Assembly: GCF_009914755.1 (NCBI RefSeq)
Contig: NC_060930.1
DNA: 64,000 bases
Origin: the human T2T-CHM13v2.0 reference genome, Homo sapiens
Strand: one strand, 5' to 3'
A model generated the notes under the pieces. It saw nothing but the letters and a program-made list of their open reading frames with translations. It made no database searches and had not been told where the DNA came from. How positions within the stretch are numbered: position 1 is the first letter of the stretch; the number at the start of each line of letters is the position of its first letter. This document shows positions 1 to 13,644 of the stretch, one piece after another. Position numbers and translations under genes: made by a program.

Positions 1-1076
1 GGAGACCAGTGGACAAGAACAACACTACCTGAACTTCAGAGGAGCAGCCATTTTTACAGGAATGCTTGGGGGCTGCATTAGGGAATGAGGGGGCAGCCAC
101 ATCCACATCCTAATCTAGGATATCTAGGGTGTGGAAAAGGACTCCAGAGGGCTGCAAGAAAAGCAGTGCTCTCTGGGTAAAGAAGAGTTTTAATTCAGGC
201 AAGGAGATGGAGGAGAAAATATCAGGGTTGAGATACCAAGGTCTCCTGAGATAAGCCAAGGCAGCAGAAGTAACCAGGGAAAAAGAGGTGATACTTCAAC
301 TTGAGTATGTTTGGGTCACAGCTTGTGAAAAGAATTGCCATTAAAATGATTTCAAAATCAGTGTCTGTCTCCAGAAAGCGCTATGCCTTTTTCAAAGATG
401 CACACGTACTCCCAACTCCAGTTGTCCTTCACTTTCAGTGGTGGCCTCTGTGTGTGTGCTCTGGCTCTGGAGAACAATGCCTACCCAGCACTATTTTCTC
501 CATGCTCAGGGCTGTCCTTGAGTTTCTTTCGTTCCAGCTGCTGTTTGCTGAGGCTGGCATGATATTTACCTTCATCTCTTTATTTCCTAGTTTACCAAAC
601 ACCATGGTTTCAAAAGAACCCCCCGCCCACCCCCATCACCACCACCAAGGATTGCTTTAGGCCAGTGTTCTCTGGATGGTTTTCTCTATGTCTCTGTCTC
701 ATCCCATCATTTGACCTTGACTTTGTATTGTCCTGCAGTGATTTTCTCCATGCCATTTTACCTCTGCTTCACTTTGGCTTGGGTATCCCCCCTCTGCTTT
801 CACCCATTCTCGGCACCTCTAGAGCAAGGAGGGGGTTAGTGGGCAGTGAGGGTGCCTCCGAGGTTAACAGGTGCATGGCAGTATAACTGACATCTGTTAT
901 TTATAAAAGAGATGACATAGAACTAAACTCTCAGGACTTTTATTTGCACCTTGGATGACGAAACAAATTCTGCAGTTAACATTAAGAAAAACAAGTCAAT
1001 ATGTAAACAGTAAAAGTGAATTTACCAATTTTTCCTTCTGCCTTCCCAGAAACTCTTTTTTTCTTTCACTGTGACT

Positions 1077-1140
1077 TGATTACTAATTCTAATCTAGAAA
1101 CGAACTCTAGATTAGAATGCTAGGTTAGAATTAGTAATCA
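1077..1140. repeat. Nested inverted repeat (fold-back)
   Basis: 1086-1098 and 1106-1118 are perfect 13-bp inverted arms with a 7-nt loop. 1077-1097 and 1120-1140 are 20/21 inverted. Confidence 0.9.
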
Positions 1141-1260
1141 TCTTGACAACTAGGTAATCACAAGTGTTTGCCATTCTCATTACCCAGGAAGTATACTCAT
1201 ACCACATAGTGGATAGGCCAACTAGAACAAAATCCAATCAGGTGTGAAAAATGTACTTTG

Positions 1261-1602
<342 letters not shown>

Positions 1603-3261
1603 TCACTATGCAACAGGATAGCTTAGTCACATTAGAAGTTACTGCCATCTGAATATTTCCAACAAAAATCTTCTCATAATTTTTAATTCATCAAATTCAG
1701 TGTTCCCTCTTTCATTTTTTGTTATGATTGTTTTGGATTTTGTTGCTCCTTTTGTTAGAGTCCCCAATATTTTCTGGGTGGTCCTGTGACTGGATTGACT
1801 TTATCATTGGCACTATGTGTATTATTGTCTATCACCTAAAATACTTACAAATGGTCTCAAACACACCAGTTGCTGCCTAATAGAACATGCCTCATTTGAG
1901 GAACTGGAAGATTGTCTAATACTAGAGAAAGTCCCATGATACAGGCAATCAGGAATTACTAAATTCAAATCAAAGCTTCAACAGCAACTCAATGGGTTCA
2001 TCATTTGCTCTTTAGCAACACAAAATAAATTAAGGCATAATTAACTGTTGCTAAGGGAAATTTACTCCTAAATTATCAAGATATGTAACTCCAGAATCTC
2101 CCTAATATCAGAGGCCCATGTTAAGAAATTGTATAGAAACACAGACTTGAAGGTACCCAACCAGTATCAGTTCTAAAATCTCATTGCTACTACCTAAGAC
2201 AAATTACCTTTTTCCTTATAGGTACAACTTAATTTGGTTAAATCAGGCTAAAGCGAAGGACTTACACTCCTTGATCAAGGGAAGAGTTTTCTTGTTTTCT
2301 CTTTCTCCTGCTAGATATGACCAGGTATGCACATGTATACTTGACACTTGAAGGGAACTGACCTTAAGGTGAAACCTTTGACAAGAAGAGCAGAAGAGGG
2401 AAGGAAAGACATGGGTCTGTGTTGGCATCATTGGGCTTCTGAATCAACCAGCTCCTGATTTGTTCAGCCAGACAAGTGTGCAACTCAACACTCTGTTTAG
2501 CTATTCAAGGTGCAACTTAAAAGTCCTGAGTTTAGTCCTAAAATTTCAGTTTTGTGAAATAACAAATTTCCTTATGTTTAAGTCAGTTTGATAAGTTGTT
2601 ATGATTGTGATGATTGTTGTTGTTGTTACTTGCCACAGAAAGCATCAAAAGTGCCACAGGGACTTATTAGTTCCTGACCCATGTAACTAAGGGCCCCCAC
2701 CAAGAATGTGTGCATCATTGTGGGGGTAAATCCTGCCAACTTTTTCTTCATTCCACTCAACCCGATTCTTGATAAGGGGCTATCTATGTTTTGGGTTAGC
2801 TTTACTCTAGCTCTTTTTTGCCTCATTTTCTCTAGCTCCCAGAAATCTATTCTCTATCTAAATATATCTTTCCTTTAAGTAGAATTGAAGCTAAAGTCAA
2901 ATCAACCTAATACTTTCAAAATATTATGGAGCCCGTCTCAGGGTGGCCTGAAAGAGGACTGTCAGATCCTTCAGTAGGAAAAGTATACTCTAGACTTGTT
3001 TTCTGGAGTCAGCAAGATTCTGAGAAGAAACCTGTGGAATTTTTTCAGTGTCGGCACTGCCTCTGAATATCTGTACCCTCATCTCAGGCCCTATTATCCT
3101 TGCAGAAATTCTTGGTCTGTATATTACCTTGTGTCTTGTCAGTGAGTTGGGTGGGGCTGGGTTTTGGGTCAGAGACATCTAAATGGCTGAAATAATTCTA
3201 CTGGGAGTTTGCTGAGGTTACTGTTTTTGATCAAACCGGAAGATTTTCCTGTCAATATTTC

Positions 3262-3589
3262 TTTTCTTTCTTTCTTTCTTTCTTTTTTTTTTTTTTTTTT
3301 TTTTTTTTGAGACAGCATCTCACTCATCACCCAGGCTGGAGGGCAGTGGTACAATCACGGCTCACTACAGCCTTGACCCCCTGGGCTCAAGTGATCCTCC
3401 TGCCTCAGTCTCCTGAGTAGGTGGGACTACAAGTACACACCACCATGCCTGTCTAATTTTTTAATTTTTTTGTAGAGACTGGGTCTTGCTATGTTGCCCA
3501 GGCTGGTCCCGAACTCCTGGGCTCAAGTAATCCTTCCATCTTGGCTTCCCAAAGTGCTGAGATTATAGGTGTGAGCCACTGTGCCTGGC
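3262..3589 (-). mobile_element. Alu (AluJ-like)
   Basis: Poly-T followed by GAGACAG...; TSD TTTCC(T/A)GTCAATATTTCTT on both sides. Confidence 0.95.
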
Positions 3590-3792
3590 TTTCCAGTCAA
3601 TATTTCTTCAAATACTTTTTCTACTTCATTCTGTTTCTCTTCTCTTTCTGGAGCTCTAAATATACATATGTTAGACTGCTTGATATTATCCCACAGGATT
3701 TTTAGGCCCTATTCTTCTTTTTATTCTAATCTTTTTTTCTTTCTGATTAAATAATATCCGTTGACTGGTCTTCAAGTTCACTGATGATTTCT

Positions 3793-4109
3793 TATTTATT
3801 TATTAATTTTTTTTTAATGTTTCTTTTTGAGGCAGAGTCTTGCTCTGTCACCCAGGCTGGAGTGCAGTGGCGTGATCTCAGCACATGCAACTTCTGCCTA
3901 CTTGGCTCCAGCAATTCTCCTGCCTCGGCCTCCTGAGTAGCTGGGATTACAGGTGCCCACCACCACGCCAGGTCAATTTTTGTATTTTTAGTAGAGATGG
4001 GGTTTCACCATGTTGGCCAGCCTGGTCTTGAACTCCTGACCTCAAGTGACCTGCCCACCTCGGCCTCCCAAAGTGCTGGAATTACAGGCGTGAGCCACCG
4101 CATCCAGCC
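3793..4109 (-). mobile_element. Alu (AluS-like)
   Basis: Full antisense Alu; flanking TCACTGAT repeat. Confidence 0.95.
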
Positions 4110-4547
4110 TCACTGATTTTTTATGTTGTGTTCATTATGCTGTTAATTCCAAACTAATGCATTTTCAATGTCAGATATTGTATCTTTCAGTTTCAGGATT
4201 TCCATTCGGTTCTTTTTTAAAGTTTCCATAGCTCTCTTAAAATTTTCCATCTCTTCAGCTACTACAGATATATTTTCCTATAGACTCTTTAACTTATTAT
4301 AGTTATTAAGTCTTTTGTAATTCTAACATCTGGGTCACTTGTGAGTCTATGTTTATCACCTGTTGTTTCTCTTCACTGTAGGTTACATTTTCCTGATTCT
4401 TTGCACAATTAGTAATTTTTAAAAATTGTATGCTGAGCATTTTGGATGATATTAAAAAGACTTTGGAGTCTACTATCTTCCTTAGAAGAAATTTGACATT
4501 TGTTCTATCAAGCAGTTAAATTACTAGCATAGTCTTGATCCTATAGA

Positions 4548-4752
4548 GCAATGCCATTCAATAGAACTTCCATGATGATAGAAATATTCTGTAGTCTGTG
4601 CAGTCCAGTATCATAGCCATTAACTACATGTGTCTGTGAACATTTGAAATGTGGCTAGTGTGTCTGAGGAACTACATGTTAAATTTTACTTAGTTTTAAT
4701 TAAATTTGAAATGCCATGTGTGCCTAGAAGTTACTATATTGCATAATGCGGC
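4548..4752 (+). mobile_element. MER3 (hAT-Charlie MITE)
   Basis: CAATAGAACTT..GATGATAGAAATATTCT...TTGAAATGTGGCTAGTG..GAGGAACT matches recalled MER3. Confidence 0.75.
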
Positions 4753-5789
4753 TATGAAGAGTTGGTTTTAGGCTTTGTCAGGGTGGGCCTATCTTGGTTT
4801 TGCCTTTATTCCTAGGACATAGGCTTTAGTCCTGGGGAGTAGTCATTACTCCTTCTGTAGTCTCAGTAGAAAGCTTTAGGTGTTCTCCAGAGTCCTCTAA
4901 CTTGGTGAGAACTAAACCCTAAGCACCATCTGCTCAACACAAGACAACACCTTTTTAGCCTTCCAGCTGTTATTTTTCCCTCAGCTCCTTGAACCTCACC
5001 CAGATGCACAGTTTAGGAATCAGAGAAGTTTGTACACAGATTTGGGAGCTCCCCATCTGAGACTCCCTCCTTTGCGAGATTCCCTCCTTCCCAATCTCCT
5101 GCTACTGTGGAAGCCCCAAATTCTAACCTCTAACTTTTTAACTCAGTAGAACAGCCACTTTCTGCTGAGCTCTACCTCCGTCCACTGCAGGAAATGGATA
5201 GCGCTGCTGAAGGAAAACCTGATAAATGTGTATCTCACCATATGTGATTTCCTTTTTTCAAGGGTCATGTCTTCAGTTTTTGTCTGCAGAACCAAACCAT
5301 GTTGGCCAGTTTCAAGAACCTTCAAACAGGTTTTGTTGTTATCATTGTGTTTTGGGTCCAGAATTTACCACTGTCTTTGGCAGAAGGTTTAGTTAGATAT
5401 AATTTACTTGGCCATTACTAGAAGTTGAAACTTATCTGAATGGCCAAAATTAGGCACTGAAATACCGAGTTTGATGGGAAAACTTGGCTACACTCTCCTC
5501 CTAGCATACACTGCCATGTCTATTTGCATCAGAAGGGGCTCAGTATTTGCTGAACAAATCCTGAAAGCTGAAAACTTTCTTGAAGGAGTCATACTTTGAC
5601 TTTGAAGCATTATCAGTTATTAATAATTTAGAATGGAGAATCCTTTCCCGAAAGTGGGTTTTAATATGGGTTAATGAGAAAGAACAGGAGCTTCTTGGGT
5701 GTATCTGTCTTCTTCTCACAAGTGGCAAAAAATCTGCCATGACTTTGTCTTAAATGAAAAGATAATTTATCAACCAGCTTAGGTTAAAA

Positions 5790-6265
5790 ATTCCACAGTA
5801 AGACTGGCTCCAGGCATAGCTGGATTTAGGGCTCATATATAGTGTTATTAGAACACAGGTTTTTTGCTTTTTTGTTCTCAGCTTTCAGATCTGCCAATTG
5901 CGTTGTTACAATTAATCCCAGCTTCCTGTAGCCACAAGAGGATGGTAGCAGCTTCAGCCACACACCTTCTCTGGTGTACATTATAGAGGGAAAAGTGAGA
6001 CCCTCTTTCCTGGAAGTACCTGGAAAGATCTCACTGCCTCTCATAGGTTCCACCTGGGTCATGTTCCCATCCCTGAATTGGTCATGTGGTCACGAAATAG
6101 GATAAAATGATTGGCCCAGGTGTGACTCACATGCTCCACCCCACAGTCCAAGAAGTGTCATTTCATCAGATCCCCAAGGACTGAGAGGAGAGTGGGAGAA
6201 GTTCTCCTGATAAATATCTTGGTTCTTTGTTAGAGATATCCTGGGGCAGAAACAACAGAAGCTCA
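5790..6265 (-). mobile_element. Old MaLR LTR (MLT1K/J-like)
   Basis: GGCTCCAGGCATAGCTGGATTTAGGGCTC...GATTGGCCCAGGTGTGACTCACATGCTCCACC motifs. Confidence 0.55.
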
Positions 6266-8729
6266 CTAAAATGGGTACTGGAGGAGAATGGAACGAAGAC
6301 GCGTAGTGGGGGTTAAAAGCTTACACACTAGAGAGGCAGAGAACCTAAAAGAGAAATGCTGACTCTTTCCATTTTGCCCCTTGGCTCCGGGCTGCTGGAA
6401 GCAGGTGCTGTGCGATATCACTGCTTCATGGTTAGCATGCTTGGGGACCTGCAATGAGAGAAATCCATGAAATTTACACACTGCAGCGGTATCTTTAAAA
6501 GGTATCAGGTGGAGAATAGCTTTTAATGTGGAATCCAGGCCCCAATTAGAGGCTTATTCCATTGCTAAATTTGGTTTGGGTTCAATGCCCACTGACCTCT
6601 TGTCCCTAGAGCATTTCAACACCGTAATGAATACGCAGGAACAAATCCTCCTTTCCCCTGCCCTTTCTAATGGTACATAATCTCTATACCATTAGAAATC
6701 TGAATTATTTTTCCAGATAAAATTGCCAGGCCCTCCTCTCAATCCTTTCCATTAGTGAGGAAGCAATCCAAGGAAAAAAGAAGCCAGTGCCAAGTGCAGC
6801 CATGCCCTGAATGTTCACTCGGCTTAGGCAGCATCTGACCAGCATCCCCCAAGGCTACAAACCAACTAACAGCTTTTAGGGTAGGGAGAATTGCCTTTTC
6901 TCTCTCCTTCCGGAACACCAGGGAAAACATAGAGGACCCTAGAGACCAGTGGAAAATACCTTGGGAATCCCTAATTCACTCAATCCTCATTGGTTGCTCC
7001 TAAGCACCTTCTACTTTGAAGTTTTGAGTAGCCTAAAGAAGGACTTCCCCTCATGACTAGGAGGACTCTCCCTGATTTTTAAACAATGTCTGCACTGTTT
7101 AGGGACTTATATTTTTCTCCAGTAAACAGGCTTCACTTTTGCCACAAAAAATAAACATGGGTATGCAAAATTTAAGTATTCCCATCAAGCTTTTCTACCT
7201 TAGTCTCTAGCTGACCAGTGACTAACTGGGAAGTCGCTGCTCACAGGATCTCAGGCTTTTTCTGTCACTACGAATAAATAATAATAAAATAGAAATACAT
7301 TTTTAGCCAATTTCAAAATGCAACAGGGCAGGTGCCTCCTGGAATGAAGAATTCCTGCAGCTCCCTTCATACTGGTATTCCGCATGTGATAAACCTCTAG
7401 TCCTTTCAGGAAATTATTCTGATCCTTGCTTGTTTCATGAAACAACCAGCTCCCTTCCCTGAGTTTCGCCTTCCTGAGGAGCTGGTCTCTGGAAGGGCCA
7501 ACTGTTCTGCGTCCTGCACTGGGGAACTTCGGGTAGGTTCCCACTCCCACTACCCACCTGGCTTCTTCACTTTCTCTGCCCTCCTACCGCCCTGAGGACA
7601 CCTGCTGCTCACTGCATTCCCCAGCTTTGTTTGTTTCCCCCATAAGATTACTGGACAGGTGCTGTAATCTTTGGTTTGCTGGGCAGTTGCCTCGGTGCAG
7701 TTGCTGTGACCTGCACTCTTGAAGAAGCAGACTTCTTCATTATTCATGATGGCCTGGAGGTCCAGTTACCAGCAGCATCCACCGCAGAGGCCAGACTGAA
7801 ACTTGTTTAGCCAGTTTCCTTCTTTCCCTGGGCTGTTCCAAAACTGACACACACAGACTAACAAAAACTCTGAGAGTTTCTGTGTTCCCAGGAATTAATC
7901 CCACCAGAACAAGCCTCGGTCTGTTGCTAAACTCTGATTCTCATTTCCTCCCCACCTCCCTTTGCTACAAAGCTATGGACCATCAAGTTTTAATGCAGTG
8001 TTGAGCTGTTGATTAAAACAGCATGTTATCTTCAGAATGTCAGACAACATATGACAATAAAGTAGGCATAAAATATCAGGAAAACAAATGTGCCCCTGCG
8101 TCTGCACTGGATGCAAATGCACAAATGGCTGAACTTTAAAAGCTTCCATGTTCCTAACAAGTCTTAGAGCATTAGAATTGATGGTGGTGATTAGGTTGCT
8201 TTTCAGAGCAGCAAAATCTGTATAACTGAATCCTTATGGGTTTAGCCATTCTCAGCCCAGGCATATTAACTTGGCCCGCTGTGAGTCTGCTTGTGTATAC
8301 ACACATGCAGTATTTAACCATGAGCGCAGTGGGCCCCAAATTAAAACCATATTTTGTTAGCATCACATGTTCCAGCTTTGACAGTATTTATCAAAGGGGA
8401 CGCTGCTGGATTTATTGAAAGAAATGAACTTTGCCAGGGTCTGGCAGACTCAACCCCAGTAGGGAGTTGTTATTTTTACCCTCTGTGCCCAGCAGTGCTG
8501 TTGCTGTTGGCTCAAGGCTGTTTGCTCACTATGGGCACAGTTTGCTACGTACGGATCCCTCTCCGCTGGTCCAGTGTGCCTGCCTCCCAGCAGCCTGCAC
8601 CTCGTGGGATGTCATCAGCTCCACCTCCATGTATTCTTCAAAACCTTGTTTATGTTCCCTTCTTTTCTGTGAAGTCTTTGCTACCTAAACCCAAGGTCAT
8701 TTCTTCTTCCTCTGATCTCGCCAGCCTGG

Positions 8730-8850
8730 GTCCAAGAACAGCTGGTAGAAATGCAGATTCTCAGGCTCCACCCCAGACATCCTAAATCTGCATGTTAGCA
8801 AGATCCGTGGGGGCATTCAAGGGCACATGGAAGTGTGAGAGGTGCTGCTC
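8730..8850. mobile_element. MER5A-like hAT MITE fragment
   Basis: AGAAATGCAGATTCTCAGGCTCCACCCCAGAC...AATCTGCAT. Confidence 0.7.
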
Positions 8851-9154
8851 TGCCTCCACTTACCATCTCTACTGGGGTCTCTCAGTGGGAGTCCTGCTAC
8901 CCCAACAGGGGCATTGAAAATGTAGAGAGGATGTTTTTGACTGTCACAATGTTGAGTGCTGGCGGGGAGGACTACTAGCATCCATCAGTGGGGTCGATGC
9001 TGGACAGCCTGCGATGTACGGTACACTCTCATATAGGGAAGAACTGGTTCATACGTCACACAACTTTCTAAAGAGCTGCCAGGCAGTCTGGTGGGTGAAA
9101 AAATCTATTTTTAATTATTTGAGCCTGGAACCTAATTCCTGTTTGCACACAGAG

Positions 9155-9463
<309 letters not shown>

Positions 9464-9759
9464 CCTTTTTATACCCAAAGTATTGTTTGCACAGTTTTAA
9501 TACACACCAGATTTCTAGGAACTCAACTTTTGTGAAAATTCAGGGAAAAGCGTTCTTTGCTTCGTTCAGAACCTTACCTTTAGTCACTGCTTTGGAAACA
9601 CACATTATCCACAGTCACGCTGCTCCCAGTGCAATCTCCGGGACAATATATCTCTATTAGTTTGCATTTGTAGCTATCCCAGTCATAGCAGTTTTGTATC
9701 TGACTACTTCATTGTGGTTTTTGGTGTAAATGTGCCTGAACATTTATATGTTGAAACAC

Positions 9760-9994
<235 letters not shown>

Positions 9995-10172
9995 ACTTTT
10001 TTTGTTATAAATTGCTTTTATTTTATTTCTTCTTTATATCAGAGTTAAGGAATTTATTACACTGATTTTGAGTGAGTTATGTCGTTCATATGTAAGTTAA
10101 CTATATTATTCATGAATTCCAGTTCAGAAAAACTAAGAGACCATTTGAAATTATTTGTTATAAAAAGGGTTT

Positions 10173-10537
<365 letters not shown>

Positions 10538-10617
10538 TTACTTATTGTCTTGTAATCTTGAATATATTTTTAAGAGACCATGAATCATCTGCCTACTAGA
10601 TTATAAGTATCCTTAGG

Positions 10618-10728
10618 GGCTGGGAGCAGTGGCTCATGCCTGTAATCTCAGCACTTTGGGAGATTGAGGCGGGTGGATCATTTGAGCCCAGGAATTTGAG
10701 ACAAGCCTGGGCAACATAGCAAGACCCT

Positions 10729-10786
<58 letters not shown>
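10618..10786 (+). mobile_element. Alu monomer (FLAM-like) with a (CA)25 tail
   Basis: TSD AAGTATCCTTAGG at 10605-10617 and 10786-10798; (CA)n 10737-10786. Confidence 0.9.
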
Positions 10787-10787
<1 letters not shown>

Positions 10788-10859
10788 GTATCCTTAGGGT
10801 GGGACTGAGTTTTATAAACTTGGTATTCTACTCACCACTTAGTTCAGTGTAATGCATAT

Positions 10860-11230
10860 TATCTTAGTCTGTTTGGACTGCCATAGCAAAATACCACTGA
10901 CTGAGCGGCTTAAACAACAAACATTTATTTCTCACCATTCTGGAAGCTGAGAAGCCTAAGGGGGTGCCAGTAGATTCATTGTCTGGTGAGGGCCCTCTTC
11001 CTGGTGTGCAGATAACTGCCTTCTTGCAGGGCCCTTACATGGCAGAGAGAGGGGGCTCTGGTCTCTTCTTCTTATAAGGACATGAATCCCATCATACGGC
11101 CCCCACCTCTCATGACCTAATCTAAACCTAAATGCCTCCCAAAGGCCCCAACTGCAAATATTATCATATTGGGAATTAGGACTTCAACATATAAATTCTG
11201 GGGGAGGGCACAAACATTTAGTCCATAGCA
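10860..11230 (-). mobile_element. MLT1A-type MaLR solo LTR
   Basis: TCTTAGTCTGTTTGGACTGCCATAGCAAAATACC...CAAACATTTAGTCCATAGCA. Confidence 0.85.
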
Positions 11231-11735
11231 TACATATTGAACAATAAGTAATTGATCATATGACTATGTGAATACCACTCCATCCTCTCCCCAAATGCTC
11301 TTGATAAGGTCCTACTATGTGCAAAGCACTGATAGGCTGGTGACAAAGGTCTTTAAGAAAGAGTTTGGTACTTTGTTACTCATGGGCCAGGCACAAAGCT
11401 CAACACATAAAGAATTTTGATATGGAGGCTGGAAGTAGTCCACAGGGGAAACAGAAACAAAATTCTGTGGGATTGTAGAGAAGGAAACAATTCCAACACA
11501 GATGAGTGTGGAGTGGCAAAGGCATTCATGAGTTCCTTTCCTTATATTTGTTTTTATTTATTGGATTGCCCAGTATCTTCTTTGCCCCATTGAATGTACG
11601 CTTCTTGAGAACCAGTCTCAAGTCCTCAAATTTCTTCATATTGCTGCCAAGCTCCAGTTTGTGTCAAGCAAAATCCCTTCTGTTTCTTGGAACAAATTCC
11701 ATAAGCACAGTCTTTTCAACTGTATATAATAAGAT

Positions 11736-11738
<3 letters not shown>

Positions 11739-11776
<38 letters not shown>
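11739..11776. repeat. (TG)19 microsatellite
   Basis: Direct reading. Confidence 0.95.
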
Positions 11777-11779
<3 letters not shown>

Positions 11780-11811
11780 GCTAAATTGGTCTAATAGTCA
11801 GGGGATCTGTA

Positions 11812-12078
<267 letters not shown>

Positions 12079-12169
12079 TGGATTTTAACCTGCTGTTATT
12101 TGATGAGATCATTTCACCACACTGTGCCTCATTTTCTTCATCAGCAGAATAGAGAGGAAGGGCTAGAGT

Positions 12170-12480
12170 GATGGTTCCCAAACTTGTCTGTTTTGGAGGA
12201 TATTTTTTAAAAATACATAGTTCACTGGGCTCTGCTTCAAACTTGTTGAAACAAACTTTGGGAATGGAGCCCAGGTAACTAGATTTTAAAGTATATCAGG
12301 TCATTCTGATAGGTGGCCAATTTGCTTTTCAAACTTCAATGTGCCTACAAATCACCTGGGGAATCTGGTTAGGATGCAGATTTTGATTTGTCAGGTCTGA
12401 GTAGGATCTGAGAGTCTGCACTTTAACAACTCTCAGGTGATGCTGATGCTGTTGATACATGAACCACACTTTCAGTAGCC
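12170..12480. mobile_element. MER5A/B-like hAT MITE fragments
   Basis: AATCACCTGGGGAATCTGGTTAGGATGCAGATT...CAGGTGATGCTGATGCTG..ACCACACTTT. Confidence 0.7.
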
Positions 12481-12639
12481 AAGAATAAAGCATTTTTAAG
12501 TCTTTCAGCTAAATATTCTCCACCTGCATCAACTGCTAGTGAGTAATGTTATACAAGATAACCATTAAAATTGTCCATATTTAGTGTAAGATGACCTAGC
12601 TAAGTTAAATTGTCATGACAGAGTATGGAATCATTATTA

Positions 12640-12773
12640 GTTTATTTATTTATTTTAGAGATGGGGTCTCACTATGTTGCCCAGACTGGTCTCAAACTTT
12701 TGGGCTGAAGCGATCCTCCTGCCTCGGGCTCCCAAAGTGTTGGGATTACAGGTGTGAGCCACCACACCCAGCC
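12640..12773 (-). mobile_element. Alu monomer (FLAM-like)
   Basis: Single left-arm Alu text. Confidence 0.9.
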
Positions 12774-12799
12774 CATTTTCTTCATTTACAAATTGTAAG

Positions 12800-13114
12800 T
12801 GATATTTGCACAACCATAAAAAAGAATGAAATTATGTCCTTTACAGCAACATGGATACAGCTGGAGTCCATCATCCTAAGCAAATTAATGCAGGAATAGA
12901 AAACCAAATACTGATGTCCTCACTTGTAAGTGGGAGCTAAACGTTGGGTTCTCATGGACACAAAGATGGCAACAATAGACACCGAGGACTACTAGTGGGA
13001 GAAGGAAGGGAGACCACAAGGGTTGAAAAACTAACCATTGGGTAATATGCTCACTACCTGGGTGATGGAATCAATCATACCCTAAACCTCAGCATCACAT
13101 AATATACCCATGTC
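12800..13114 (+). mobile_element. L1 3'-end fragment (L1PB/old L1PA-like)
   Basis: Encodes the ORF2 C-terminus (IKKNEIMSFTATWIQLESIILSKL) followed by L1 3'UTR. Confidence 0.9.
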
Positions 13115-13612
13115 TGTTACCAAAATGCCAGAGGTTCAGTCTAGGTCCTGCTGCTTGCCACACAAAAAGCCAATCGCTGAGACAAAGAGTATTGCCAGGG
13201 AAGAAGGCTTTAATTGGGTGCTACAGCCCAGGAGATGGGAGATCAGTCTCAAATCCATTTCCCCGACTGACTAAAATGAAGAGTTTATATAGCAGGGAAG
13301 AAATGAAGCCATGTGTGGGAAAATAGGAGCTCAAGAGGGGTAAGGAAGAGGAGTTGGTCAACAAGAAGCAGGTGGCCAGTTAGGCAGTCATGATAGGTGA
13401 GGGGCTCTGGTGTCTCACTGTCCAGATGCTATGATCTGGTAAGTTTTAGTTCCTTGCCACTATCTGGGAGGGTTGATGGTTGGTTTCCTGAGAAAGAAAC
13501 TCATATAAGACAAATGTAACTTTCTCAAGTTTTAAGACTGGGAGGATCAATTTCTATGTTTATTCAAAGAAACCAAAAACATCAGTTCTATGGGACAATT
13601 GGGCTGGTTTTA
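13115..13612 (-). mobile_element. ERV1 (MER4-group) 3' LTR, with PPT and an internal remnant continuing at 13613-13644 and ~15923-16050
   Basis: LTR-like ends (rc ..AACCAGCCCAATTGTCCCATAG.. to ..GGTAACA) and purine tract rc AGAAAGAGGGGTGGAGGAC next to the LTR. Family name uncertain. Confidence 0.7.
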
Positions 13613-13644
13613 GTCCTCCACCCCTCTTTCTACTTATCAGTCCT

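Larger units (their letters stand above)
3190..5430 (-). mobile_element. Old L1M-type fragment, interrupted by two Alus and MER3
   Basis: T-rich antisense L1 ORF1/5'-region-like text (e.g. 3605-3790, 4110-4540). Boundaries are approximate. Confidence 0.55.

Noticed and set aside
301-886. Adjacent ORFs, one ending in a His-rich run
   Set aside because: Non-ATG starts in the track, no splice or domain support; the His run comes from a short CAC/CAT low-complexity patch.
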